Part shown: positions 25,579-35,704 of the stretch, one piece after another | How positions within the stretch are numbered: the first letter of the stretch is position 1 | Layout of the letters: every line of letters begins with the position of its first letter | Assembly (NCBI GenBank): GCA_030141605.1 | Contig: JAQGDQ010001535.1 | Coordinates: 1 to 35,704 of the forward strand | Direction of reading: 5' to 3' | DNA from: Tubiluchus corallicola | Taxonomy: Eukaryota > Animalia > Priapulida | Length of the DNA stretch: 35,704 bases | The notes under the pieces: model-generated | What the model saw: only the letters and a program-made list of their open reading frames with translations | What the model was told of the DNA's origin: nothing | Database searches by the model: none | Position numbers and translations under genes: made by a program

Positions 25579-25925
25579 GATATATTTGAAAACGAACCCA
25601 CGTTTAAAATTTGTTATAATGTATTGAAGTTATTTACCGAGTGTGTAACGTTATTTTGTGTCTAGGCCACTGAATTTCGTCAAGCAAAAATCAACCATTC
25701 ATAAAGTTTCTATCAGTAACAAGATTTGAGCTTATTCACAGACCTGTTATCTATAGTATTGTACTTTTTATGACAGTAATACATAGATATAGAATTGATG
25801 TACTTAACTATGTAGTACTTTGCATTTATCTTTGTTGTTGTCGATGTGTCATTTCGGTATTGTCGTTTTGGACTGCAGTTTTTTCTACCCAATATTATAG
25901 TCTATTTGTCTCGAATTATGTACAA

Positions 25926-25968
<43 letters not shown>

Positions 25969-25970
25969 CT
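25579..25970 (+). repeat. ~390-bp direct repeat, copy A, ending in (TAAC)n
   Basis: Matches 27709-28087 at offset ~2130. Confidence 0.9.
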
Positions 25971-26080
25971 ACTAATACAGTTCAGGCCTTTAGCTAGGTT
26001 AATTTCTAGAGAAAGATATGCTTAGGTTTAGTTTACGGTACGACTTCTTTCTGTACACAATAAAGAGTATAGCTCGCAAA

Positions 26081-26128
26081 CTTCTCTCTCTCTCTCTTTC
26101 TCTCTTTGTTTCTCTCTCTCTCTTTCTT

Positions 26129-26178
<50 letters not shown>

Positions 26179-26193
26179 GTCTGCCTCCCCCTC

Positions 26194-26224
<31 letters not shown>

Positions 26225-26766
26225 ATTTCTAAAGATGATTTTCTTTCTACGTATCGGATCTAGAACTTTCCAACAAACCGGTCTAGTATAAAACTAATAC
26301 TAGACGTGTCTAGAATCTAGACTACAGCCAGCACGAGATTTTACCATGCTGGGTGATAGTTTTTCATACATAATAACCATGACAGTTTAAACATGACATT
26401 GGCAATGAAATATTGTTTCTTAAGTGGAGTATGAATGGCGTATTGAGTTTAAGATACATACAATTACATACGTTGAGTTTGAGTGGTGTCAAAAATTTCA
26501 GCTGGGCATGCGTTACGATGTCTTGTATTTGCCCCAAGCGAGCGTATCAGAAGAGAATGGTAGAAACGTTTAAGAATGCATAACACACAACCTTTCAGAA
26601 GCAACTGTGGCATCCAGACACGAATTTTGATTTGATCGACGCGACATCTAGTGTCCTGCGGCGGCGTTAATGACCCACACGAAGGTTGCTGTTACTATCG
26701 TGAAATGTATGCCGAAAAAATGCTGTAGTGGTATTTTGAATTTTTTTATCTGATTTCTTCTTCCCC

Positions 26767-26837
<71 letters not shown>

Positions 26838-27366
26838 TTCTCTCCTGCCCCTTCTCTCTCTCCTGCCCCTTCTCTCTCTCGTCCTCCCTCTCTTTCTCTT
26901 TTTCTGTTCTCACTTTCTCTTCCATCCCTTCTCTCTCTCTCTTTTTGGTTTTTTCCTCTCTCTTTTCTCTTTCCCATCTCTCTTTCTTCTTCCCTCTTTC
27001 TCTCCTTTTCCCACTCTCTTTTTCCCTATCTCTCTTTCTCTCTCCCCCTCTCTCTCTTTCTCTTCCTCTCTCTCTCTTTCGTTCTTTTTCCTCTCTCCTT
27101 TCTTTTTTGCCTCTCCCTCTGTCTCTGTTTTTCCCTTCTCTCTCTCTATTTTTCTCTTCTCTCTCTTTCGTTCTTTTTCCTCTCTCCTTTCTCTCTATCT
27201 CTCTCTTTCATTCATTTTCCTCTCTCCTTTCTGTTTCTCCTTCCCTTTCTCTCTCTCTCTCTCTCTATGTTTTTCTCTTCTGTCTCTCTTTCTGCCTCCC
27301 TTTCTCTCTCTCTCTCTCTCTCTGTTCTTCTCTTCTCTCTTTCTCTCTCTCACTCTCTGTCTGCCT
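26081..27366. repeat. CT-rich blocks 26081-26230 and 26755-27366
   Basis: Directly visible. Confidence 0.93.
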
Positions 27367-27708
27367 CACCCATGTAAAATCGCCCATACTGATACAGCAA
27401 CTAACAAACTATCACAACCTCAGAAATGTTCTAAATCTGCTGACATGTCAGACCAGGCTAAACCAGAAAACACATAATAGCATCAATTGACGCACAGTAA
27501 TTACTACAAATATCGCTTTTCCATTAACCACACCACGGGGCGAGGAAATAGCCAACGTCCGAAGTCAAGGTCGACTTATGACGGATTTTTATTGCATTTC
27601 CTAGCCTAATCGATTCGTGCCAAGGTAAATAACCCCCATGGTGTATGCAAGTAACTCGCCAAAAAACTAAAACACTTATAAATGTGCTTAAATTTTCCTA
27701 ATATTGTC

Positions 27709-28087
27709 GATGTATTTGAAAACGAACCCACGCTTAAAATTTGTCATGATGTAATGAAGTTATTTACCGAGTGTGTAACGTTATTTTGAGTCTAGGCCAC
27801 TGTCTTTCGTCAAGCAAAAATCAACCATTCATAAAGTTTCTATCAATACTTGATTAGAGATTATTCACAGTCCTGTTATCTATAGTATTGTACTTTTTAT
27901 CACAGTAATATATAGGTATAGAATTGATGTACTTAAAAATATGTAGTACATTGCTTTTATCTTTGTTGTTCTCGATGTGCCATTTCGGTATTGTCGTTTT
28001 GGACTGCAGTTTTTTCTACCCAATATTATAGTCGTACTATCTAACTATCTAACTGACTGACTGACTGACTGACTGACTGACTGACTA
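27709..28087 (+). repeat. ~380-bp direct repeat, copy B, ending in (TGAC)n
   Basis: Matches 25579-25970. Confidence 0.9.
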
Positions 28088-28164
28088 GTGAAAATGGCTT
28101 CGAAAATGAATACATATTAAAGCCTTGTTCACACAGAGATAGCAGTTAATGCAGTCAGTCTTAC

Positions 28165-28742
28165 CTGAGTCTTTCTCCTCTTTGCAGGTGGCTCCCCCGT
28201 GCTGGAAGCAGCCTCAGTCCCATTCACCTCATTCTCTTTCTGGGCCGCCTCCAGCTGAATTTGCTTCTTCCTCAGATTCTCGGCAAACTGCCGCGCCTTC
28301 TTCAAATGCTGTTTTCCGCCATAGTGGGCCCGGGCCTGGGCTGGGGCGTTGGTCTTTACATCACAGAGTTTGCAACACAATGGTTCACACAGCGTGGATG
28401 GAATCGTGATCTTAACACCCTCGACCGTCACCGTCCGGGCGTGTTCGGGCACGGTGTTGTCCACTTCCGAGGACTTCCTCTTCAAGCCCTTGTTTAGGAG
28501 TTTGTTGAAGAATCTGGGATGGTTCCCGTTTATCACTTGTCCCTTGAAGAAGGCTAGCCGGGGCGGCTGGTATCCACCCGGAACTACTGGCCTGGGCGGT
28601 GGAGGTAGTCCGTTTGGTATCCGGGCTTGCGGTAAGGCCGGAAAGTGCAGCCGGAAGTCCGGCGGCGGTAACGGTCGCGGATACGGTGCGGCGATTGCCG
28701 GTGCAAATGCCGGCTCTGGTCTCCGTGGTATCGCTGGATAAA
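28165..28742 (-). CDS. ZMAT3-like: Internal coding exon of a ZMAT3/Wig-1-like matrin-type zinc-finger (RNA-binding) protein: Pro-rich segment plus first zinc finger
   Basis: Acceptor tttttcttgtttcag|TTTATCCA at 28742 and donor ACTCAG|gtaaga at 28165; 578 nt (2 nt + 192 codons), GC-rich relative to flanks. Encodes LCEPLCCKLCDVKTNAPAQARAHYGGKQHLKK (C-x2-C-x12-H-x5-H), resembling ZMAT3 finger 1 (LCKPLYCKLCNVTLNSAQQAQAHYQGKNH), plus basic KRK/KRRK motifs. No in-frame Met, so an upstream exon is needed. Confidence 0.9.
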
Positions 28743-28776
28743 CTGAAACAAGAAAAAAACTATTTGAAACGAGTTC

Positions 28777-28880
28777 GTTTAAACATAATTTATTATAGGA
28801 TTGGATCAGACAGTTTGAACAACATGATTTAGGATCCTCACCACAACAGACTTTATACACTATTTACAAAAACATTTACA
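28777..28880 (-). mobile_element. Short 3' terminal fragment of the same LINE next to the exon acceptor
   Basis: gtttaaacataatttattataggattggatcagacagtttgaacaacatgatttaggatcctcaccacaacagactttatacactatttacaaaaacatttaca matches the other three copies. Confidence 0.85.
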
Positions 28881-29459
28881 TAAGGTTGTTTTTTTCTATT
28901 GTGTTGTTCTTCTTAGCCGTCCCTTTTGAATTCTAAGTTTTGGTTTTGTTGTTTCTTTTTTTTAAATTTCTGGAGTGTCCGTTATGCAGCGCTTACCCTC
29001 ATCACCGATGGCGGGCCGTAGGGCTATCTACCGGGTCCAACCCCGGAACATTATCAATGCGTCACGATAACTTTGTGCAAAGCTTGGTCACTTTGCGAGC
29101 TAGTATACATTATAAGCTTGTTCGTTTTGCAAGTCATAAATTAGAAAGACCGTCCATTAGTTGATTGGGTTTCTTTCTGCCTTGCTTAATCCTCGCCACC
29201 AAATTAGGAAACAGTAATGCTGACAAAGACAGGTAAGCTTTGCTCAGGTGAGCAGAGTTTCTAAGAAAATTAGTTGTAGCATTAATTCTTTTGAGGGATT
29301 AGTTCCCAGGTGTAACTAATAGAGTTTCAAAATAAATAGGCAACGATGGATCGTAGTATAGTCCAATAACTTTACTGAGAAAGTACAGTCTCCCCCCATT
29401 CATCGTTGTACACTATTGCACGACAAGAAAGTATATCATTTAAAGCGCTTTTTGGCATA

Positions 29460-29490
<31 letters not shown>

Positions 29491-29583
29491 CAACAACAAC
29501 AACAGCAGCAACAGCAACAAAAAGAACAACAACAACAAAAAGAACAAGAGCAACAGCAGCAGCGGCAACAACAACAACAACAA
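29460..29583. repeat. Compound (GAT)n(ACA/GCA)n trinucleotide repeat
   Basis: Directly visible. Confidence 0.93.
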
Positions 29584-29634
29584 AATTTAAACTACTGGGA
29601 TGACCGCTAGGTGCAACCATTTTGACCGTAGGTC

Positions 29635-29960
29635 TTTACGCAAAACTTGAAAATATAATCAGTGCATTCGTAGCACACACTTCGCGAACTAAGCAAAAGA
29701 TTAATAATACATTTTTAATGAACCAGTGATGCACACTGGGAAAGTGAACCAGTGATGCACACTGGTAAGGTGAGTCAGTGGTGCACACTGAAAAGGTGTG
29801 TTGGATCACACTGGGAAGGTGAACCAGTGATGCACATTGGGAAGAGATGAGTCAATGACATTTTACCAGTTGGCGAGAACACTCTAAATCATTAAAACAT
29901 TTTTTAGTTACATAATTCTTTCAAACAAGTTAAGTAGCATAGCTTTGCATGGGAAATTAT
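29635..29960 (-). mobile_element. Family B fragment, inverted, with an internal ~25-bp tandem expansion
   Basis: gcattcgtagcacacacttc...(tgaaccagtgatgcacactgggaagg) about 5x...ttttaccagttggcg...ttagttacata. Confidence 0.6.
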
Positions 29961-30250
29961 TTAAGATATTAAAATTGCCGTTTGTTTTCAGTTAAACAAC
30001 TTTAGAGATCTATGACCCGCTTACACATCTATGACGCATTTCCATCTCTGCACATATTAACGTACTTTTTCAAGGTTATAAATAATACGTACATATGCAT
30101 ACAGCACAGCAGCTTTGGAGGACAGCAAATGTCAATGATGGGATTAGTGCAGTGGTGTGGAATGGAACAGAGGATGGACTATGCAGCCTTTGAAAACCAG
30201 AGAACAGGAAAGATTTGGGTTTTAGATTTGGTATCAGTGGACTGCCGAGT

Positions 30251-31498
30251 AACAATTTACAGCTTTCGCAATAGGCTACTACAGCATACTGGCAATAGTA
30301 TTATAACTGCTATGGTTAACTACACTGGCAATAGTATTATAACTGCTATGGTTAACTACACTGGCACTAGTATTATAACTGCTATGGTTAACTACACTGG
30401 CACTAGTATTATAACTGCTATGGTTAACTACACTGGCAATAGTATTATAACTGCTATGGTTAACTACACTGGCACTAGTATTATAACTGCTATGGTTAAC
30501 TACACTGGCACTAGTATTATAACTGCTATGGTTAACTAACTGGCACTAGTATTATAACTGCTATTAACTAACTGGCATAGTATTATAACTGCTATGGTTA
30601 ACTACACTGGCACTAGTATTATAACTGCTATGGTTAACTACACTGGCACTAGTATTATAACTGCTATGGTTAACTACACTGGCACTAGTATTATAACTGC
30701 TATGGTTAACTAAACTGGCACTAGTATTATAACTGCTATTGTTAACTACACTGGCACTAGTATTATAACTGCTATGGTTAACTACACTGGCACTAGTATT
30801 ATAACTGCTATGGTTAACTACACTGGCAATAGTATTATAACTGCTATGGTTAACTACACTGGCAATAGTATTATAACTGCTATGGTTAACTACACTGGCA
30901 ATAGTATTATAACTACTATGGTTAACTACACTGGCAATAGTATTATAACTGCTATGGTTAACTACACTGGCAATAGTATTATAACTGCTATGGTTAACTA
31001 CACTGGCAATAGTATTATAACTGCTATGGTTAACTACACTGGCAATAGTATTATAACTGCTATGGTTAACTACACTGGCAATAGTATTATAACTGCTATT
31101 ATTAACTACACTGGCAATAGTATTATAACTGCTATGGTTAACTACACTGGCACTAGTATTATAACTGCTATTATTAACTACACTGGCAATAGTATTATAA
31201 CTGCTATTGATAACTACACTGGCAATAGTATTATAACTGCTATGGTTAACTACACTGGCACTAGTATTATAACTGCTATGGTTAACTAAACTGGCACTAG
31301 TATTATAACTGCTATTATTAAGTCACATAGACTTGTCAAATCTTGCTTTTTTATGAAATGAAACGAAATATTACATGATTAGCCTCTAATTTATTTATTT
31401 AGCTTTTAATTTACCAACCCTATACATACATACATACATACATACATACATACATACATACATACATACATACATACATACATACATACATACATACA

Positions 31499-31530
<32 letters not shown>
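30251..31530 (+). repeat. (TACA)n-tailed repeat unit, copy 1 (contains the 36-bp array)
   Basis: aacaatttacagctttcgcaata...cacatagacttg...ttacatgattagcctctaattt...accaaccctata(cata)n shared with copies 2 and 3. Confidence 0.85.
30287..31320. repeat. 36-bp minisatellite (atggttaactacactggcaatagtattataactgct)n
   Basis: About 28-29 units with caat/cact variants and occasional short deletions. Confidence 0.97.
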
Positions 31531-31532
<2 letters not shown>

Positions 31533-31823
31533 CTTTTGTAGTTTTTAATTCATCGTGTTTTATTTCATTTTAGTAAAATATTTTATATGGTCTTAGTTAC
31601 CGAAATAAAAAAATGAATTGAATTGAATTGAAAAAACGTCCTTAGCAGCATTCCAGGGAAGAAAATTTATAGCCTCTTTGAAAAGAGGAAAAACCGGGCT
31701 ACGAAACAATGTTATAAATCTTTTTTACAAATGCCTCTACTAGGGTGAACAATTACAAGTTAAATTTGGGGAACCTTTTTTTAGACGCCCGTGTAACGTA
31801 ACTAAATTCAACGTAGTTGTTTT

Positions 31824-31949
31824 TGTATGTATGTATGTATGTATGTATGTATGTATGTATGTATGTATGTATGTATGTATGTATGTATGTATGTATGTAT
31901 GTATGTATGTATGCATGCATGCATGCATGTATGTATGTATGTATGTATG

Positions 31950-31981
<32 letters not shown>

Positions 31982-32257
31982 CATGTATGTATGTATGTAT
32001 GTATGTATGTATGTATGTATGTATGTATGGATGGATGTATGGATGGATGTATGGATGGATGTATGTATGTATGTGCGTATGTATGTATGTATGTATGTAT
32101 GTATGTATGTATGTATGTATGTATGTATGTATGTATGTATGTATGTATGTATGTATGTATGTATGTATGTATGTATGTATGCATGCATGCATGCATGCAT
32201 GCATGTATGTATGTATGTATGTATGTATGTATGTATGTATGTATGTATGTATGTATG

Positions 32258-32288
<31 letters not shown>

Positions 32289-32882
32289 TGTATGTATGTA
32301 TGTATGTATGTATGTATGTATGTATGTATGTATGTATGTATGTATGTATGTATGTATGTATGTATGTATGTATGTATGTATGTATGGATGTATGTATGTA
32401 TGTATGTATGTATGTATGTATGTATGTATGTATGTATGTATGTATGTATGTATGTATGTATGTATGTATGTATGTATGTATGTATGTATGTATGTATGTA
32501 TGTATGTACCGGTATGTATGTATGTATGTATGTATGTATGTATGTATGTATGTGCGTACGTATGTACAATGTACGTATGGATGTATGTAAGTATGTATGT
32601 ACATACGTATGTACAATGTATGTATATATGTATGTATGTACGTATGTATGTATAGGGTTGGTGAATTAAAAGCTAAATAAATTAGAGGCTAATCATGTAA
32701 TAATTCCTTTCATTTCACAAAAAAAACAAGATTTCACAAGTCTATGTGAGTTAATAATAGCAGTTATAATACTATTGCCAGTGTACAGTAGTAACCTATT
32801 GCGAAAGCTATAAATTGTTAATGTCCATTTAAATGATTATTTATTGTTGTCATTTCAGGACCATCAAATGATCCAATATTTT
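31824..32882 (-). repeat. (TACA)n-tailed repeat unit, copy 2 (inverted)
   Basis: (TGTA)n 31824-32652, then 32652-32882, which is the near-perfect reverse complement of 34871-35095. Confidence 0.9.
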
Positions 32883-33233
32883 ACACCGATTTAAATCCTT
32901 CCATACTAAAAATCTGACAAAACCGAACATCGTTTTCACTAATCATCAGCGTCCCCTGACGCTCATTATCGAGCAATTACAATTTACAACAATCACGGAG
33001 TCGATTAGGAGGCGTAGGTGTGGTCTCGGGGGGAGCCAAACCTTCCATTTTGTAACCTAATGGGTTAATAATACGTCTCGTGCTCCAGTGAATTTGAATG
33101 AGACACTTCAACGGGTATTTTCACCCGAACAAAGGAGGTTTTAGTCACAACACAAGGCGAGATGTCGCAGGTATAATCTTCAAACACGTTTCAGTAGAAT
33201 CACTACCTAGGAGTTTACCTAAATATATTAGTA

Positions 33234-33347
33234 CAGCTCAACCTCGGATAAAAGGGACACCTCGGGACCGGAGAGAATCGTCCCTTATATATGCGATGTC
33301 TCTCAGAGCCGAAGTTGAGTCAGACCGAGGGGGTCTCTCTAGACCTG
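33234..33347. mobile_element. Possible short Tc1/mariner-type MITE remnant
   Basis: ta|cagctcaacctcggataaagggacacc ... ctg|ta with internal inverted motifs ctcaacctcgg/ccgaagttgag and taaagggac/gtccctta. Confidence 0.4.
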
Positions 33348-33593
33348 TACTTTTAGAGAGAAAGATAGTGAGAGATAGGAGAGAGAGAGAGAGAGAGAGA
33401 GGAGAAAGAGAGAGACAGAAGAAAGAAAGAGAGGGAAGAAAAGATAGAAGAGAAAGCAAATGAAATATAAGGAGAAAAGGAGACAGGAACAACGAGAAAG
33501 AGAAAGAAAGACAGGCAGAGAAGTATAAATTATAAATAAATAAACAGATAGAGGAAGAAAGGGACAGACAAATAAGGAGACAAAAAACAGAAA

Positions 33594-33696
33594 TTGTTAC
33601 TATTGTTATTATTATTGTTGTTGTTGTTGTTATTATTATTCTTATTATTATTGTTGTTGTTGTTATTATTATCATTATTATTATTATTATTATTAC

Positions 33697-33789
<93 letters not shown>

Positions 33790-33790
33790 A
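33594..33790. repeat. (ATT/GTT)n trinucleotide repeat
   Basis: Directly visible. Confidence 0.95.
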
Positions 33791-33834
33791 TTTTCAAAAG
33801 TGTAATATGAAATAGACATATGAAATATGCCTTA

Positions 33835-34035
33835 AATGAAACCAGCATGATTTTTCATATCCTACCCCATTTTGAAGTACGATGAAAAGTATTCATATTA
33901 ACACCCATAATAATTACAAAGCGTTTCTGGCAACTAAATAATAGGTTAATTTAACGACCGGTGAGCTCATTTAGTGCTGACGTCACAACTGAACATAATT
34001 TCAACAACAGAAACATATCAGCAGCATGTTGCACC
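33835..34035 (+). mobile_element. Family A left-end fragment
   Basis: ttaaatgaaaccagcatgatttttcatatcctacccc...tgacgtcacaactgaacataatttc...gcatgttgca. Confidence 0.6.
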
Positions 34036-34479
34036 TATTGGCAAAAGCGCAGCTTGCCGAAATAGGAGAATAACATGAACAGAAAACTAGACCTTTTTGC
34101 TGGGAATTAAGGGACATCCTGTACAGAGAATTTTTCTGACATTCAAATAATCTGAGAAGAATATGAAGTGAAGAAAAGCCTCTTTTCTACATCCGGGCAC
34201 TTGGTTTTTAATCAGATCAAGACTTAGTAATAATAAACATAGAATACAGGTATAATTTTGATTAAAGTCGCGTTCTCTACAACTTTTTCTGTTTGTTTTA
34301 TCTAACCTACTATTGTTATTTACATGTTTCACTAACGTACTTGTCTCCAATAGTTATTTTTCTTAAACATATTTATTTATTTATTTTTATTGAATTATTT
34401 ATTTTATTTTATTTTATTCTGCAACAAATATTTTTTAATTAAAGCACAAGAGAACACTTTTTACAATCAAAGCATAAAA

Positions 34480-34850
34480 ACGTCTTGAAATTTTATCATT
34501 TACCTGCTCTCTTCTTGCATACAGAGCTTGCGTTAGCAGTAACGCTGTATAAAACGTGAAAATTTACACTCCCGCTGTGACCGTTAGGCGCAGCCATTTT
34601 AACGGTAAGTCGTTTGAAACAAGTTTAGATAACATTGCGCAAAGTTTTAAAAAAATAATCACATCATTCGCATCACACACTTCAGTAACTAAGCAGATGA
34701 ATGCATTACTTTATCTTGTCAATAAGATTAAGAATTGTTTTTGGTGAGTCAATGGTGCACACTGGGAAGGTATGATAGTGACGTTTTCTAATTGGCGGGA
34801 AATTTCTTTTCTAGTTACACAAGACTTCCAAACAGGTAAGCATAATGAAC
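34480..34850 (-). mobile_element. Family B fragment, inverted
   Basis: cgtcttgaaatttt...cagagcttgc...aaacaagtttagataac...ggtgagtcaatggtgcacactgggaagg matches 24800-25170. Confidence 0.65.
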
Positions 34851-34870
34851 ATTTAGAGGCTATTCAAAAT

Positions 34871-35447
34871 AAATATTGGATCATTTGATGGTCCTGAAAT
34901 GACAACAATAAATAATCATTTAAATGGACATTAACAATTTATAGCTTTCGCAATATACTACTGTACACTGGCAATAGTATTATAACTGCTATTATTAACT
35001 CACATAGACTTGTGAAATCTTGTTTTTTGTGAAATGAAAGGAATTATTACATGATTAGCCTCTAATTTATTTAGCTTTTAATTCACCAACCCTATACATA
35101 CATACATACATACATACATACATACATACATACATACATACATACATACATACATACATACATACATACATACATACATACATACATACATACATACATA
35201 CATACATACATACATACATACATACATACATACATACATACATACATACATACATACATACATACATACATACATACATACATACATACATACATACATA
35301 CATACATACATACATACATACGTACATCCATACATACATACATACATACATACATACATACATACATACATACATACATACATACATACGCACATACATA
35401 CATCCATACATACATACATACATACATTACATACATACATACATACA

Positions 35448-35478
<31 letters not shown>

Positions 35479-35704
35479 CATACATACATACATACATACA
35501 TACATACATACATACATACATACATACATACATGCATACATGCATGCATGCATACATACATACATACATACATACATACATACATACATACATACATACA
35601 TACATACATACATACATACATACATACATACATACATACATACATACATACATACATACATACATACATACATACATACATACATACATACATACATACA
35701 TACA
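34871..35704 (+). repeat. (TACA)n-tailed repeat unit, copy 3 (runs off the window end)
   Basis: ~225-bp unique head followed by more than 600 bp of (TACA)n. Confidence 0.9.

Noticed and set aside
28129-28860. Full 243-aa ORF as a single-exon gene
   Set aside because: The N-terminal ~39 aa come from a LINE fragment and intron sequence, and the C-terminal residues run past a consensus donor.
28997-29060. Upstream exon ending at donor-like GAGG|gtaagc
   Set aside because: The required phase-1 frame hits a TAG 11 codons upstream with no in-frame ATG or good acceptor; it cannot be supported as the start exon.
30012-31289. ORFs with MVNYTGNSIITA repeats
   Set aside because: Translation of the 36-bp minisatellite; the frame is broken by short deletions and sibling copies are non-coding.
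31740-35701. MYVC/IHTY, poly-I/L, ER and SL ORFs here and elsewhere in the window
   Set aside because: Translations of microsatellites.

Overview
AT-rich, repeat-dense eukaryotic (most likely invertebrate animal) genomic DNA with no prokaryotic features. The only convincing host coding sequence is two minus-strand exons (28165-28742 and 7549-7689, both with canonical AG/GT junctions and compatible phase) of a matrin-type (C-x2-C-x12-H-x5-H) zinc-finger gene most similar to ZMAT3/Wig-1. They are separated by about 20.5 kb, and the start exon and downstream exons were not found in the window. The introns are packed with mobile DNA. This includes two copies of a composite SINE (5S rRNA head, RTE-derived tail; the near-full-length copy is flanked by an ~100-bp target-site duplication), four co-oriented 3' ends of a CR1/L2-group LINE, RTE and L2/Crack remnants, and non-autonomous DNA transposons of piggyBac-, hAT-, Kolobok- and Tc1/mariner-like type. 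There is also a 3.4-kb 21-bp minisatellite with higher-order structure, a 36-bp minisatellite that visibly arose from a single-copy segment of a local repeat, and many microsatellites. The long ORFs in the ORF track are repeat artefacts. Family assignments rest on motif recognition by eye, not database searches, and repeat boundaries are approximate.
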